NCBI GenBank assembly: GCA_039189765.1
Contig: JBCCYL010000008.1
Span: 64,001-128,000 of the forward strand
Direction of reading: 5' to 3'
From: Cyanobacteria bacterium P01_F01_bin.150
GTDB taxonomy: Bacteria; Cyanobacteriota; Cyanobacteriia; CAKZMO01
Length of the DNA stretch: 64,000 nt
The position numbers were made by a program, and so were the translations under genes. The notes under the pieces were generated by a model, which saw nothing but the letters and a program-made list of their open reading frames with translations, did not search any database and was not told the origin of the DNA. Every line of letters starts with the position of its first letter. The stretch's first letter is position 1. Of this stretch, positions 39,901 to 49,704 are shown piece after piece.

Positions 39901-40209
39901 ATGAAAGTTAAACTAGCCAGCCTTGCCATTACTTCTTCCATCCTTTTAGGAACGGTTGCTTGCGGTGCTAATCCCTGCGCAGGTGCCACGAAGCAGGAGA
40001 ACGTTGATCCTTGTGCAGCGGCAGACCCCTGTGCGGCAGACCCCTGCGCAGCAAAGAGCGCCGATCCTTGTGCAGCAGACCCCTGCGCAGCAAAGAGCGC
40101 CGATCCTTGTGCGGCAGACCCCTGTGCAGCGGCTGATCCTTGTGCGGCTGATCCTTGTGCGGCAAAGAGTGCGGATCCCTGTGCGGCTGATCCCTGTGCT
40201 GGAAGCTAA
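39901..40209 (+). CDS. Cys-rich lipoprotein with 12 [D/N]PC repeats
   Basis: GAGGG RBS; lipobox LLGTVA-C21; one NPC plus 11 DPC units, with synonymous variation in this frame (gat/gac, cct/ccc, tgt/tgc). Confidence 0.85.
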   Translation: MKVKLASLAITSSILLGTVACGANPCAGATKQENVDPCAAADPCAADPCAAKSADPCAADPCAAKSADPCAADPCAAADPCAADPCAAKSADPCAADPCAGS

Positions 40210-40289
40210 GCTTGAACGTCAATCCAATTCTTCCCGTTTAGCGTTTCATTGTTCTTAAGACTTATCCTAAGCAGCTATGACATGGGCAA

Positions 40290-40349
40290 AAACTGGAAGG
40301 ATATCCCTGAAGCCCCCGCTAAAGGGGGACTTCAGTTTCTAGCTTTTTT
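40290..40349 (+). terminator. Putative intrinsic terminator or stabilising hairpin after the Cys-rich gene
   Basis: CTGAAGCCCCC-GCTAAA-GGGGGACTTCAG followed by TTTCTAGCTTTTTT. Confidence 0.5.
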
Positions 40350-40518
40350 GAATGAAGACGAACATCAGCCCCACACCTTGACAAACGGTGAATGGAGAGA
40401 ATAATTCAGAGTTTTGAATCTCAAATATGTACCAGTAGCCTGAGTTAAAGACGTTAGCCTGGGCATAAAAGGCTTTCGCACCGATCACTGAATTGCACAC
40501 TAGCAAAGGGAAATCAAT

Positions 40519-41067
40519 ATGATTGTAAAAAAAATGTGGGTGGGTATGGCGATCGCGTCCACCCTTCTTCTCGGGACAGTCGCTTGTTCCGATAAATCTA
40601 CTTCAAGCGCAGAAAATGCCACCACATCGACTCAAGTCTCTGATGCTGGTGCTCCTAATGCCGATACCGTTACTCCTGATGCCGAAGTTGCGCTGCAGGT
40701 TAACGTGGAAGAGGGTGTTGCGATTGATGGAGCCGACCCAGTGGCCTACTTCACTGAAAGCAAAGCTTTAATTGGCGATGCTGCTTTTGCCCATGAATGG
40801 CAAGGGGCGACCTGGCATTTTGCTAGCGCTGAAAATCGTGATCTCTTTGCGGAAAATCCCGAGCAGTATGCACCTCAGTATCTAGGCTATTGTGCTTGGG
40901 CCGTGAGCCAAGGATATACCGCTCCCATCGATCCAGAAGCCTGGAAGATTGTCGATGGGAAACTATACCTGAATTACGACAAGCGAGTTCAGGACCGCTG
41001 GTCTAAGGATATTCCTGGCAATATTGCTAAGGCTGATGCTAATTGGCCTGGTGTGCTAGCAAACTGA
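40519..41067 (+). CDS. YHS domain-containing (seleno)protein family lipoprotein, Cys form
   Basis: Lipobox LLGTVA-C; AIDG.DPVAYF, W.GATWHFAS.ENRDLF..NPE.YAPQY.GYCAW, IDPEAW.IVDGKLYLN, A..NWP. Confidence 0.9.
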   Translation: MIVKKMWVGMAIASTLLLGTVACSDKSTSSAENATTSTQVSDAGAPNADTVTPDAEVALQVNVEEGVAIDGADPVAYFTESKALIGDAAFAHEWQGATWHFASAENRDLFAENPEQYAPQYLGYCAWAVSQGYTAPIDPEAWKIVDGKLYLNYDKRVQDRWSKDIPGNIAKADANWPGVLAN

Positions 41068-41411
41068 AGAACCGCATCTTAGATTGCTTAGCTAATGTCA
41101 GACGTGAACACTTAAGGTAAGCTTACGGAAGGCAGAATGCCTCATAACTTTGCATTAAAATGCAACTTAATTATTTTTTAGAAGAGTATTTAATGCTCAG
41201 AGAGGTAGGTAATGCCAGTGCAAACCTGCCTCTTTCATTATGAGTTTAAATAAAAGTCTTTTGAATTTTTATCGATCAGCTCTGAGTGTTTTAGGGCAGC
41301 CTTTGCTAGGCTGCTTTCTTAAAAGCCTGAATATCGGTAGCATCGATAACCCAAAACTGCCACCACGCAAACCAAATCTACCTGAATAGAGTGAAGTCAC
41401 AAGATATCGAA

Positions 41412-41446
41412 CGGGATACTGAGGCACTCTGTGCCTCAGTATCCCG
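41412..41446. repeat. Perfect 16-bp hairpin
   Basis: CGGGATACTGAGGCAC-TCT-GTGCCTCAGTATCCCG. Confidence 0.85.
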
Positions 41447-41624
41447 CATAAAAGACAAGCCGAGTGAGTTGAAATTTTATTCGTTCGCATAGGCGCAGTT
41501 TGAACTACAAAAAACTGCTCTAAATATGTTCTTAGATTACATAGAAATAAAGGATTAAGTGTTAGACAATAAGAAGTATTATCATCATCAGCATTTTTTA
41601 CCAGTTCTTTAAGGAGTTTTAGAA

Positions 41625-44048
41625 ATGGCCCTCTCGTTCGCTACTCTCAATATTACTGACCTGCCTGCTGAAATATTAATTGCTAATCCAGGGCTTACGA
41701 ACGCTATAGCTAACGATAACCAAGATGATGCAAATACGATCCAAACGGTCGTTGATTGGTTGACTGGCCAGCGAGCAATGGGAGTTATGGATGAAACAAC
41801 CATCTATATTCCAGCAGGAACATTTGACCTAGCAACAAGTATTGAAGTCGACACTCCCAATATCATCTTTGAAGGGGCTGGTCCCGGATTAACCGTACTC
41901 CAGAATGCAAACACGTTCCAAGTCGATACAGCAGAATTGGTTGATGTAGGTGTTAACATTAATTCCGTTAATCGCGATGCATATCTATTCGACCTAGATA
42001 AAAATGCCGATAATGTCATATTTAGAGACCTGACTGTCACAGGAGCAGAGGTTCATGGCGCAATTTTCGGCGTTAGGCTGGACGACCTAGAGATCAGTGA
42101 AGTTGAGTTCAATGATTTTGCATGGAGTTCTATCCGACTCTTTAATTCGAGTAATGCAAAAATCCATAACAACGTTTTCCTCGATGCTGGTGGACAGGCG
42201 AAAAATGGAGCTACAGGCGGTTCTATTTACGGAACATTCCTAGCAGATTCTGAAATATACAATAACGTTATCTCTCGGAGTGAAAATCGAGAAATCAATG
42301 TCTTCGGAATTAAAGGTCGTCAATTCAGAAATACTCGTATTCACCACAACACTATCAATGCTGGTTTTGCAATAGAGCTGCCATTCGAAAACGATCATTT
42401 TGTAGAAATTGATCACAATTTTCTTAACGGCGCAGTTTCTATTCCAAAGTTCGGTGGAGGAAGTGTACCTGATAACGGTTTCACGTTTCATATTCACCAT
42501 AACTACTTCCAACGGTCTTACTCTCTAGAGTGGGCACGAAATGGTGCTGAAATTGACCACAACGTTTTTGCTCTTGATATTGAGCAAGATAGAGGCAATC
42601 TCATTTCAAACTTTGGAGATGAAGCAGCAGAAGGCCCTACAAAATTTCATAACAACCTCATCATTAATCCTGGGCGAGGAATTTTTTGGAGCGCTGGCGT
42701 TTATAACAACTTTTCCTTCTATAATAATGAAATCATTGCAAATGAAACTGTAACTCCCAGATCTGAAGGACTATTTAGCTTCAACGATAATACAGACTTT
42801 AGTACCATTGAAATTAAAGACAACATCATTTCAGTAAACGGCATCCCTCGTCCACTCATCCGACGGGAAGCCAGTTACGCAGCAACAATTGAGAATAATA
42901 CCCTCATCAACGTTTCTGATGCTGACCAATTTGATAACCTCAACACTGGTGCCCCCCGTGGTCTGCTTGCCCCTCTGCTCTTTACCGTTGGTGCAAGGGA
43001 TGAATTCACTGTTGATGGTGCTAATTTAAGTCCGACAGAGAACGGAGGGTTGCCTACCCTAAGTATTACAATCGACCCCGTCAGCATCTCGGAAAATGGC
43101 GGCCTAGCAACAGCAACCGTTATCCGTGAGACAGCAACCAATGGAGACTTAACGGTTACTCTCTTCAGCAGTGATACTAACGCTGCCACTGTTCCTGCTG
43201 CTGTCACAATTGCTGATGGCGAAACGTCTGCTAGCTTTACAATTACGGCTGTTGATGACCCGGTGTTCGACCATACCCAAATTCCCACTATCCGAGCATC
43301 TGCGACAGGTTTTTTCCCTGGATTTAACACCATTAGTGTTACTAATGACGAGATGCCAACACGTATCACTAATCAGTTGCTAGCGCTTTACACCTTTGAT
43401 GAAGGGACTGGTAACATAGTGGGCGATACCTCTGGAGTGGGTACAGCTCTGGATTTGACCATTGAGGACCCTAGTGATGTCACTTGGGGAACTGGAACCC
43501 TAACCCTCAATGACCCTACGATAATTACATCTCCTGGCTTAGCCACTAAGCTAACGGATGGGTTAAAAACCACCAATGAACTCACCATTGAGGCCTGGAT
43601 AGCACCTGAAAACACTACTCAGAAAGGTCCCGCTCGTATTGCCACGCTGTCGAGAGGTTCGCATAAACGGAACGTTACTCTGGGTCAGAATGGTGATAAA
43701 TATGACGTTCGCCTACGCACAACTGCAACGAATAAAAATGGGACCCCCTCAGTCTCTTCCCCTAACGGCTCTGTTACTACCGATCTAACACACGTGGTAT
43801 ATACTCGGGAGGCTGATGGTGATGTCTCTGTTTATCTCAACGGTGAGCTAGTCACCACTGGTAATCGAAGCGGTGATTTCTCTAACTGGGCCAATGACTA
43901 TCAGTTTATCTTGGGCAACGAATTAGGCTCTAACCGAGGTTGGTTAGGCACCTATGACCTGATAGCCTTGTACAATAAAGCCTTTGACCTCAATGATGTG
44001 AGCCAAAATTTTCAGGCAGGTCCGAACGATATTGTTTCCGGTCTATAA
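41625..44048 (+). CDS. Right-handed beta-helix protein with Calx-beta-like and LamG-like domains
   Basis: DD..TIQ..V, IYIPAGTF, Asn-ladder repeats; ISENGG.ATATV.R; ALYTFDEGTG...TIEAWI...HVVYT...VYLNG; AAGGAG RBS. Confidence 0.85.
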   Translation: MALSFATLNITDLPAEILIANPGLTNAIANDNQDDANTIQTVVDWLTGQRAMGVMDETTIYIPAGTFDLATSIEVDTPNIIFEGAGPGLTVLQNANTFQVDTAELVDVGVNINSVNRDAYLFDLDKNADNVIFRDLTVTGAEVHGAIFGVRLDDLEISEVEFNDFAWSSIRLFNSSNAKIHNNVFLDAGGQAKNGATGGSIYGTFLADSEIYNNVISRSENREINVFGIKGRQFRNTRIHHNTINAGFAIELPFENDHFVEIDHNFLNGAVSIPKFGGGSVPDNGFTFHIHHNYFQRSYSLEWARNGAEIDHNVFALDIEQDRGNLISNFGDEAAEGPTKFHNNLIINPGRGIFWSAGVYNNFSFYNNEIIANETVTPRSEGLFSFNDNTDFSTIEIKDNIISVNGIPRPLIRREASYAATIENNTLINVSDADQFDNLNTGAPRGLLAPLLFTVGARDEFTVDGANLSPTENGGLPTLSITIDPVSISENGGLATATVIRETATNGDLTVTLFSSDTNAATVPAAVTIADGETSASFTITAVDDPVFDHTQIPTIRASATGFFPGFNTISVTNDEMPTRITNQLLALYTFDEGTGNIVGDTSGVGTALDLTIEDPSDVTWGTGTLTLNDPTIITSPGLATKLTDGLKTTNELTIEAWIAPENTTQKGPARIATLSRGSHKRNVTLGQNGDKYDVRLRTTATNKNGTPSVSSPNGSVTTDLTHVVYTREADGDVSVYLNGELVTTGNRSGDFSNWANDYQFILGNELGSNRGWLGTYDLIALYNKAFDLNDVSQNFQAGPNDIVSGL

Positions 44049-44059
44049 GTAAATCTCAC

Positions 44060-44123
44060 GGGTTTGTATTTTAAGGCGGAAATTGCGACGCGTCGCGTCG
44101 CAATTTCCCTTTAGATTCTTCCC
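44060..44123 (+). mobile_element. Short family-A-like element with an alternative hairpin
   Basis: GGGTTTGTATTTTAAGGCGG end; 15-bp inverted repeat GGAAATTGCGACGCG/CGCGTCGCAATTTCC. Confidence 0.55.
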
Positions 44124-44285
44124 GGATTACGTTTTAAGTGTTTAAGGTTATATCTGATGACATTTAGGATAGGCAGTTACCTGAAAATCGTGGACTTAGG
44201 CAGGAGAGAGATTAAAAAAAAACTAAGAATCTTATGAGCCAGCTTTTATCCAGAACCTAAGCCCCATTCAGGGACAACATCCAAG

Positions 44286-44813
44286 CTACTTGAGTCGTTC
44301 GGCTTTTTGCCGACGGTTTATCTGATATTGATCATAGGCAACGCAGATCCAAGCACCAAATAGCATAAATGTATTTTTGTCCCAGCTCGCCTGATTATTT
44401 GGAAGCAAGCCATTGGGGCCAATTAACCCAAACGCTAGCAAAAAGCTAAACAGCATCAGCATCATTACGATACCTGCCCAGCGTACAAAGCGGTTAATCA
44501 TCATCAACACGCCAACCAATATCTGCGTTGGCGGCAACAAATATGCATAGGGTAACGAAATAATAGGCGGCAACGGACCAATGCCTTCAAAACCCATCCC
44601 CCACAAAAGCAGTTTGCCCTGGGTAACGGTTTCAAAAAAGCCGCCGGGTGAATAAAAATGTATAAGGTTTGAAGTGGCTGAAAGAACAAAGAAAAGCCCC
44701 AACATAATACGCATGACAGCAATAGAGAGTCTGAGCATACTGCGTTCAGATTGGAGACCGTTAGAGAGATCAGAGTCCATTAGCATAGTATTTGTCCTAA
44801 GTAGAGAGAGCAC
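44286..44813 (-). CDS. DoxX family membrane protein
   Basis: RIMLGLFF..S, four TM helices, KN near the C-terminus; start uncertain. Confidence 0.7.
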   Translation of the reverse strand: MLSLLRTNTMLMDSDLSNGLQSERSMLRLSIAVMRIMLGLFFVLSATSNLIHFYSPGGFFETVTQGKLLLWGMGFEGIGPLPPIISLPYAYLLPPTQILVGVLMMINRFVRWAGIVMMLMLFSFLLAFGLIGPNGLLPNNQASWDKNTFMLFGAWICVAYDQYQINRRQKAERLK

Positions 44814-44835
44814 ATCGTCTTACCAACCGTGCAAA

Positions 44836-46278
44836 TTAGTCTTGTTGGTCCTCGGAGTCTGGACCGTACTGTAAATAATCGAGGAGGGTTGGAATACCTG
44901 TTGGCTCAAGGGCTTTAGTAAACGTTGCGGGTCCAACCGTGCGCCATACTAGCAGGAAAGTAGCAGCAACAGTTGTAATCAATATGCCATCGCCGACCCA
45001 TTTAAATGGACCATGAGGAACAGGCTTTGGCCGCACTGAGGGGCTGTGGGCCTGAAACACTTCTTCGGTAATCCACTCGACTGTGGCTTTAAAGTTGTGA
45101 ACCGGATTGGGTAAAAGCCTTACATAGGTGCCTTGACGCATCAAATGGCCTGCTCGCCCTGGAATCAAAACTTTGTCAAACAGATACGCCGCACCTTCTC
45201 TGAGTCCCAACTTCATTAGGGTGCCACGCAGGCTAACTTTTACTGGCTTGAGCGACTGTCCCTGGGCAAGCGCCATCAAGTTTGCAGCAATTCCAGCGCC
45301 CTGCTGATAGGCCACCTGGGCGGTCGGCGGTAGGGGAGAATCAAGGATTGAAACATCCCCACCCACAAACACATCTTGGAAAGAGGGAAGTTGCAACGTT
45401 GGAAGAGCCTTTAAGCGACCAGCGCGATCGCGTTCCTCCACGGTCAGCGACTTCACCAAGGGATGAACATCGTTGCCCGCCGCCCAGACGATAGTGGCAG
45501 CCGGTAGCTCATGAACAGCATCGGCTTGCTTGTATTCAACTTTATCCTGGAAGATTTCCTGGACAGCAGCTTTGGACAGAATTTGCGGACGAACCAGGCG
45601 ATTGTCTAGCGCATTTAGGGTCGTCTCTCGCAGAGTACCGTTCAGATCGCCTTTGAGGATTTTCTCGGCGCGATTCAAAACAACAATTTGAATCTCATCG
45701 ATATTCCCCCCCAGTTTGCGATACCACTGGGGCAGCAGGTCTCCTAAAGTAGCAGCCATTTCAATACCAGCGGGACCAGCCCCCACGATTGCGACCGTTA
45801 ATAACGCCCGCCGCAACTGCGGATCTTTCGTTTGGCTGGCCTGCTGAAGCTGGGTGCGTAGGTGCTGACTAAGGGCGATCGCATCCGAGCCATCCCGTAA
45901 GGAAAACGTATGCTCTTTTGCACCCTGAATTCCAAAATAGTTAGAAGTACTACCCAGGCATAGGACAAGCTTTCCGTAGGCATAACATAGCCCTGTAGCC
46001 AGCTTAATTTCTTTTTTCGATAAATCGATAGCTGATACACTGTCTTGGACAAAGGTGATGGCATCGCAATTTAAAAGTTCCGCAAATCGGGGCCACACCT
46101 GATTAGTAGTCATCTCACCACTCAACAACTCATAGAGCAATGGCTTAAACACAAATCGTTCAGCCTGATCAATCAGGATAATGCGCTCTGGATAGCTTTT
46201 GTTACACAGGTGGAGGGCTGTAAATAATCCTGTAAAACCCCCACCCAAGATTACGGTGGGGAGTGTGGGTACATCCAT
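44836..46278 (-). CDS. Type II NAD(P)H dehydrogenase-like FAD oxidoreductase
   Basis: GGGFTG, F.FKPLLYE, VGAGPAGIEMA, VWAAG, GD, PPTAQVAYQQ; extra C-terminal TM. Confidence 0.9.
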   Translation of the reverse strand: MDVPTLPTVILGGGFTGLFTALHLCNKSYPERIILIDQAERFVFKPLLYELLSGEMTTNQVWPRFAELLNCDAITFVQDSVSAIDLSKKEIKLATGLCYAYGKLVLCLGSTSNYFGIQGAKEHTFSLRDGSDAIALSQHLRTQLQQASQTKDPQLRRALLTVAIVGAGPAGIEMAATLGDLLPQWYRKLGGNIDEIQIVVLNRAEKILKGDLNGTLRETTLNALDNRLVRPQILSKAAVQEIFQDKVEYKQADAVHELPAATIVWAAGNDVHPLVKSLTVEERDRAGRLKALPTLQLPSFQDVFVGGDVSILDSPLPPTAQVAYQQGAGIAANLMALAQGQSLKPVKVSLRGTLMKLGLREGAAYLFDKVLIPGRAGHLMRQGTYVRLLPNPVHNFKATVEWITEEVFQAHSPSVRPKPVPHGPFKWVGDGILITTVAATFLLVWRTVGPATFTKALEPTGIPTLLDYLQYGPDSEDQQD

Positions 46279-46414
46279 AGGGTCAATCGATGGCAGGGTT
46301 TAGATGAATCGTAGTAAAGTCGTGCTTTTATGAACTTAATCATCCTACACCCACTTCCAGAACGCATTAGCCAGACCCCAATCATAGATTAAGAATCAAT
46401 TAAAAATTTTATGA

Positions 46415-46494
46415 GGATATCAACTGTAGGTGAGCGGTGTGGGCGCGTCGCGTCCACACCGCCGTCAATTTTGTTTTGCCTTAGAACGAAACCC
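46415..46494 (-). mobile_element. Family A element
   Basis: GGATATCAACTGTAGG...GCCTTAGAACGAAACCC, 80 bp; stem GCGGTGTGG/CCACACCGC. Confidence 0.78.
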
Positions 46495-46509
46495 CAAATT
46501 GTATTGCTT

Positions 46510-49500
46510 TTACTGTTTGGGAAACGCTTTTATTTCTTCTGGAATAGACATGTCCTGGGATTCCAAAGATAAGTGGGGTAAACTACGGCGCTCAGGAGTC
46601 ATTCGATCGACCAACGACTTAATAATGATGTAAATGACAGGAACCACAAACAGACTCAGAATTGTTGCTACTAACATGCCTCCAAACACAGCCGTGCCAA
46701 GCGATTGCCGACTGCCAGAGCCTGCACCAGTGGCAATAACCAGGGGAAAAATACTGCTCAAGGTGGAAATCGCCGTCATCAAAATAGGTCGGAGTCGCTG
46801 CTTTGACGCTTCAAGCGCTGACTTGACGATAGAATAGCCTTCTTCCCTCAGTTGGTTGGCAAACTCCACAATCAAAATCGCGTTTTTACTGGCCAGACCA
46901 ATCAGCATTACCAATCCAATCTGGCAGTACACATCATTGGGCAATCCCCTGAGGCTCTGGGCAACCAGCGCCCCCATAATTGCCAAGGGAACCACCAACA
47001 TAATGATGAGCGGATCAGCAAAGCTTTCATAGAGAGCAGCTAAAACAAGGAAAACCAGAACTAGGCCAAGGGTAAAGATAATTGGGGCTTGACCACCGGA
47101 TTCCACCTCTTCTAGGGACGTTCCAGCCCATTCATATCCCAGACCAGGGGACAAAACTGCAGCAGAGACTTCTTCCATAGCAGCGATCGCCCTGCCTGAA
47201 CTCGATCCGGGTGCTGGACCACCGTTGACTTGAATCGAGCGTAGGCCATTGTAATGGTTAATCGTTTGGGCTCCCGTGGTTTCAGTGAGCTTTACTAGAT
47301 TACCCAGAGCAATCATCTCACCGCGCTGCGATCGCACATGGAGTAAATCAATATCACCAGGGTTATCTCTAAATGCCTGGTCCGCTTGCACATAGACCCG
47401 ATAGGTGCGTCGATCAAGGGTGAAATCATTGACGTATTGCGAACCAAGATAAGCCTGTAGGGTTTTAAACACATCTTCCACCTTTACCTGGAGGGCATTG
47501 GCGCGATCGCGGTCCACCTCAATTTCAATCTGGGGCGTATTGGCAGCATAGGTACTAAACACCCCTTGCAACTCAGGATGTTCGTTGGCTGCACCTAAAA
47601 GCGGCCCTAAGGATTCAACAAACTGATCTAAGCTTAAATTGCCTCGCTGGTCCTGGAGCTGGTATTGAAAGCCCCCAAAATTGCCCAAACCACGCAGTGG
47701 TGGAGGATTAACCGCAAAGGCTCGCACTTCAGTCAGTTGAGACAGCGGCCCCTGGACTCGATCAATCACATTTCGAGCCGACTCAGCAGCAGAGCGTTGC
47801 GACCAAGGAATCAGTGGCGTAAAGATTACGGCACTATTGGCCACGTTACCGCTAAAGCCAAAGCCACCCACCGCAAATACAGCCCGAATTTCTGGAATAT
47901 CCGCATAGATAGCCTCGATCTTCTTCATGGCCTCATCGGTGTAGTTCAAAGACGATCCTTCTGGTCCCTGAACAATGGTAATAAAATAGCCTTGGTCTTC
48001 TTCCGGTAAAAAAGCTGAGGGAACGGCGTTATAAATCCAGACGGTGGAGGCCAGCAGAATCGCAAAAATCGCCAATACTAGATACTTGAGTCGATTGAGC
48101 CGACTCAAAATTGACTCGTACCAGCGCTGAAGATGCGCTTGCGCAGCGTTAACCGTGGAGAAAAGCGGTCGTAGCCAAGGAGCTGTAGGCGGATTAGGGC
48201 GCAGCAGAAAGGCGGAGATTGCTGGGGTCAAGGTGAGGGCATTAAAGGTGGAAACGGCGATCGCAAAGGCAATGGTCAACGCAAATTGCCGATACAGTGA
48301 CCCAGTCGTACCGGGAAAAAACGCCACCGGAATAAACACCGCCATTAGCACCAGCGATGTGGCAATCACCGCCCCCGATAGTTCCTGCATCGCCTCAATG
48401 GTGGCCTGCATCGCAGATAAACCCCGCCGCTGAATCTTGGCGGCAATATCTTCCACCACCACAATGGCATCATCCACCACCATGCCCGTCGCCAGGGTTA
48501 ACCCAAACAGCGTCAGACTATTAATAGAGAAATCAAACAGTTTGACAAAGGCAAACGTGCCAATCAACGAAATCGGGATAGTAATGGCGGGAATCACCGT
48601 GGTGCGCCAGTCCTGTAAAAAGATAAAAATCACCAGGACCACCAGACCTACGGACTGAACCAAGGTCAGGGCCACTTTTGACAGCGATTGCTCCACAAAA
48701 TCGGTCGTATCAAAGCCAATGTCATAGGCCATATCCTCGGGAAACGCTTCAGATAGGTGGGCCATTTCGGCCTTTACGCCTCGGGCCACCGAGAGGGCAT
48801 TGCTGCCAGGAATCTGATAGATTCCTAGTCCCACCGAGTTGTAGCCTTGAAAGCGCAGAAACGAATTATAGTTTTCTGCCCCTAGCTCAGCTCGACCCAC
48901 ATCCTTCAATTTCACTAGGGTGCCATCGTCTCCGGTTTTTACCACCAACTCTTCAAAATCCTGGGTATCCTGAAACCGACTGACCGCTCTTAAATCAAGC
49001 TGATACTGCTGGTCCGCAGGCGCTGGCTGCTGGCCAATACGCCCCACTCCCACTTGGAGATTTTGTTCCTCTAATGCATCTACGACGTCCTGAGTCGTTA
49101 GGTCCCGACTGGCTAATCGAATGGGGTCGAGCCACACCCGCATAGCGTATTTTCGTTCACCAAAAATCCGGACATTGCCAACGCCTTTAACTCGCTTAAG
49201 CGCATTGACGATATACAGGTCGGCGTAGTTACTCAGAAAAATATTGTCAAATTCTCCCGTATCGGAATAAAGCCCAAAGCCCATCAAAATACTGCTGGAT
49301 TCCTTTGTGACGGAGACTCCCGTGCGGGTCACGGGCGTCGGCAACTGCGGTTCTGCCACGGACACCCGATTCTGAATATCCACCGCTGCAATATCCTGGT
49401 CCCGATCAGGGTTGAGTGTCACGGTAATCGAACTCGTTCCACTGTTACTACTGCTGGAGGTCATGGAGCGCATTCCCTCCACCCCATTAATTTCCCGCTC

Positions 49501-49698
49501 TAAAATAGTAGTCACCGTGTCCTCGACCGTCCGCGCATCCGCCCCCACATAGTTCGCCCGCACCCGCACCTGCTTGGGCGTAATATCCGGATATTGGGCA
49601 ATGGGCAACAGCGGAATACAGACACCTCCAATCAGCAAAGTGATCAGAGCACAGACGATGGTGAAGACGGGGCGTTTGATGAAGTATTGAATAAACAT
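46510..49698 (-). CDS. RND efflux permease (AcrB/HAE1 type)
   Basis: FIKRPVF, LPIAQYP, G.VVDDAIVVVE, KNAILIVEFA, RLRPILMT. Confidence 0.95.
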   Translation of the reverse strand: MFIQYFIKRPVFTIVCALITLLIGGVCIPLLPIAQYPDITPKQVRVRANYVGADARTVEDTVTTILEREINGVEGMRSMTSSSSNSGTSSITVTLNPDRDQDIAAVDIQNRVSVAEPQLPTPVTRTGVSVTKESSSILMGFGLYSDTGEFDNIFLSNYADLYIVNALKRVKGVGNVRIFGERKYAMRVWLDPIRLASRDLTTQDVVDALEEQNLQVGVGRIGQQPAPADQQYQLDLRAVSRFQDTQDFEELVVKTGDDGTLVKLKDVGRAELGAENYNSFLRFQGYNSVGLGIYQIPGSNALSVARGVKAEMAHLSEAFPEDMAYDIGFDTTDFVEQSLSKVALTLVQSVGLVVLVIFIFLQDWRTTVIPAITIPISLIGTFAFVKLFDFSINSLTLFGLTLATGMVVDDAIVVVEDIAAKIQRRGLSAMQATIEAMQELSGAVIATSLVLMAVFIPVAFFPGTTGSLYRQFALTIAFAIAVSTFNALTLTPAISAFLLRPNPPTAPWLRPLFSTVNAAQAHLQRWYESILSRLNRLKYLVLAIFAILLASTVWIYNAVPSAFLPEEDQGYFITIVQGPEGSSLNYTDEAMKKIEAIYADIPEIRAVFAVGGFGFSGNVANSAVIFTPLIPWSQRSAAESARNVIDRVQGPLSQLTEVRAFAVNPPPLRGLGNFGGFQYQLQDQRGNLSLDQFVESLGPLLGAANEHPELQGVFSTYAANTPQIEIEVDRDRANALQVKVEDVFKTLQAYLGSQYVNDFTLDRRTYRVYVQADQAFRDNPGDIDLLHVRSQRGEMIALGNLVKLTETTGAQTINHYNGLRSIQVNGGPAPGSSSGRAIAAMEEVSAAVLSPGLGYEWAGTSLEEVESGGQAPIIFTLGLVLVFLVLAALYESFADPLIIMLVVPLAIMGALVAQSLRGLPNDVYCQIGLVMLIGLASKNAILIVEFANQLREEGYSIVKSALEASKQRLRPILMTAISTLSSIFPLVIATGAGSGSRQSLGTAVFGGMLVATILSLFVVPVIYIIIKSLVDRMTPERRSLPHLSLESQDMSIPEEIKAFPKQ

Positions 49699-49704
49699 TG
49701 ATTC

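Noticed and set aside
39990..40200. Repeat array as CRISPR, or the alternative ORFs 39956-40258 (+) and 39968-40222 (-)
   Set aside because: Units are 15-24 bp multiples of 3 with no unique spacers; variation is synonymous only in the DPC frame, which has an RBS and lipobox
40519..41067. Selenoprotein or stop readthrough in the YHS gene
   Set aside because: The conserved position is TGT (Cys) and the only TGA is the natural end after NWPGVLAN
40557..45423. HIP1-free stretch as evidence of horizontal transfer
   Set aside because: One ~5-kb gap is not unexpected at about one site per kb across 64 kb
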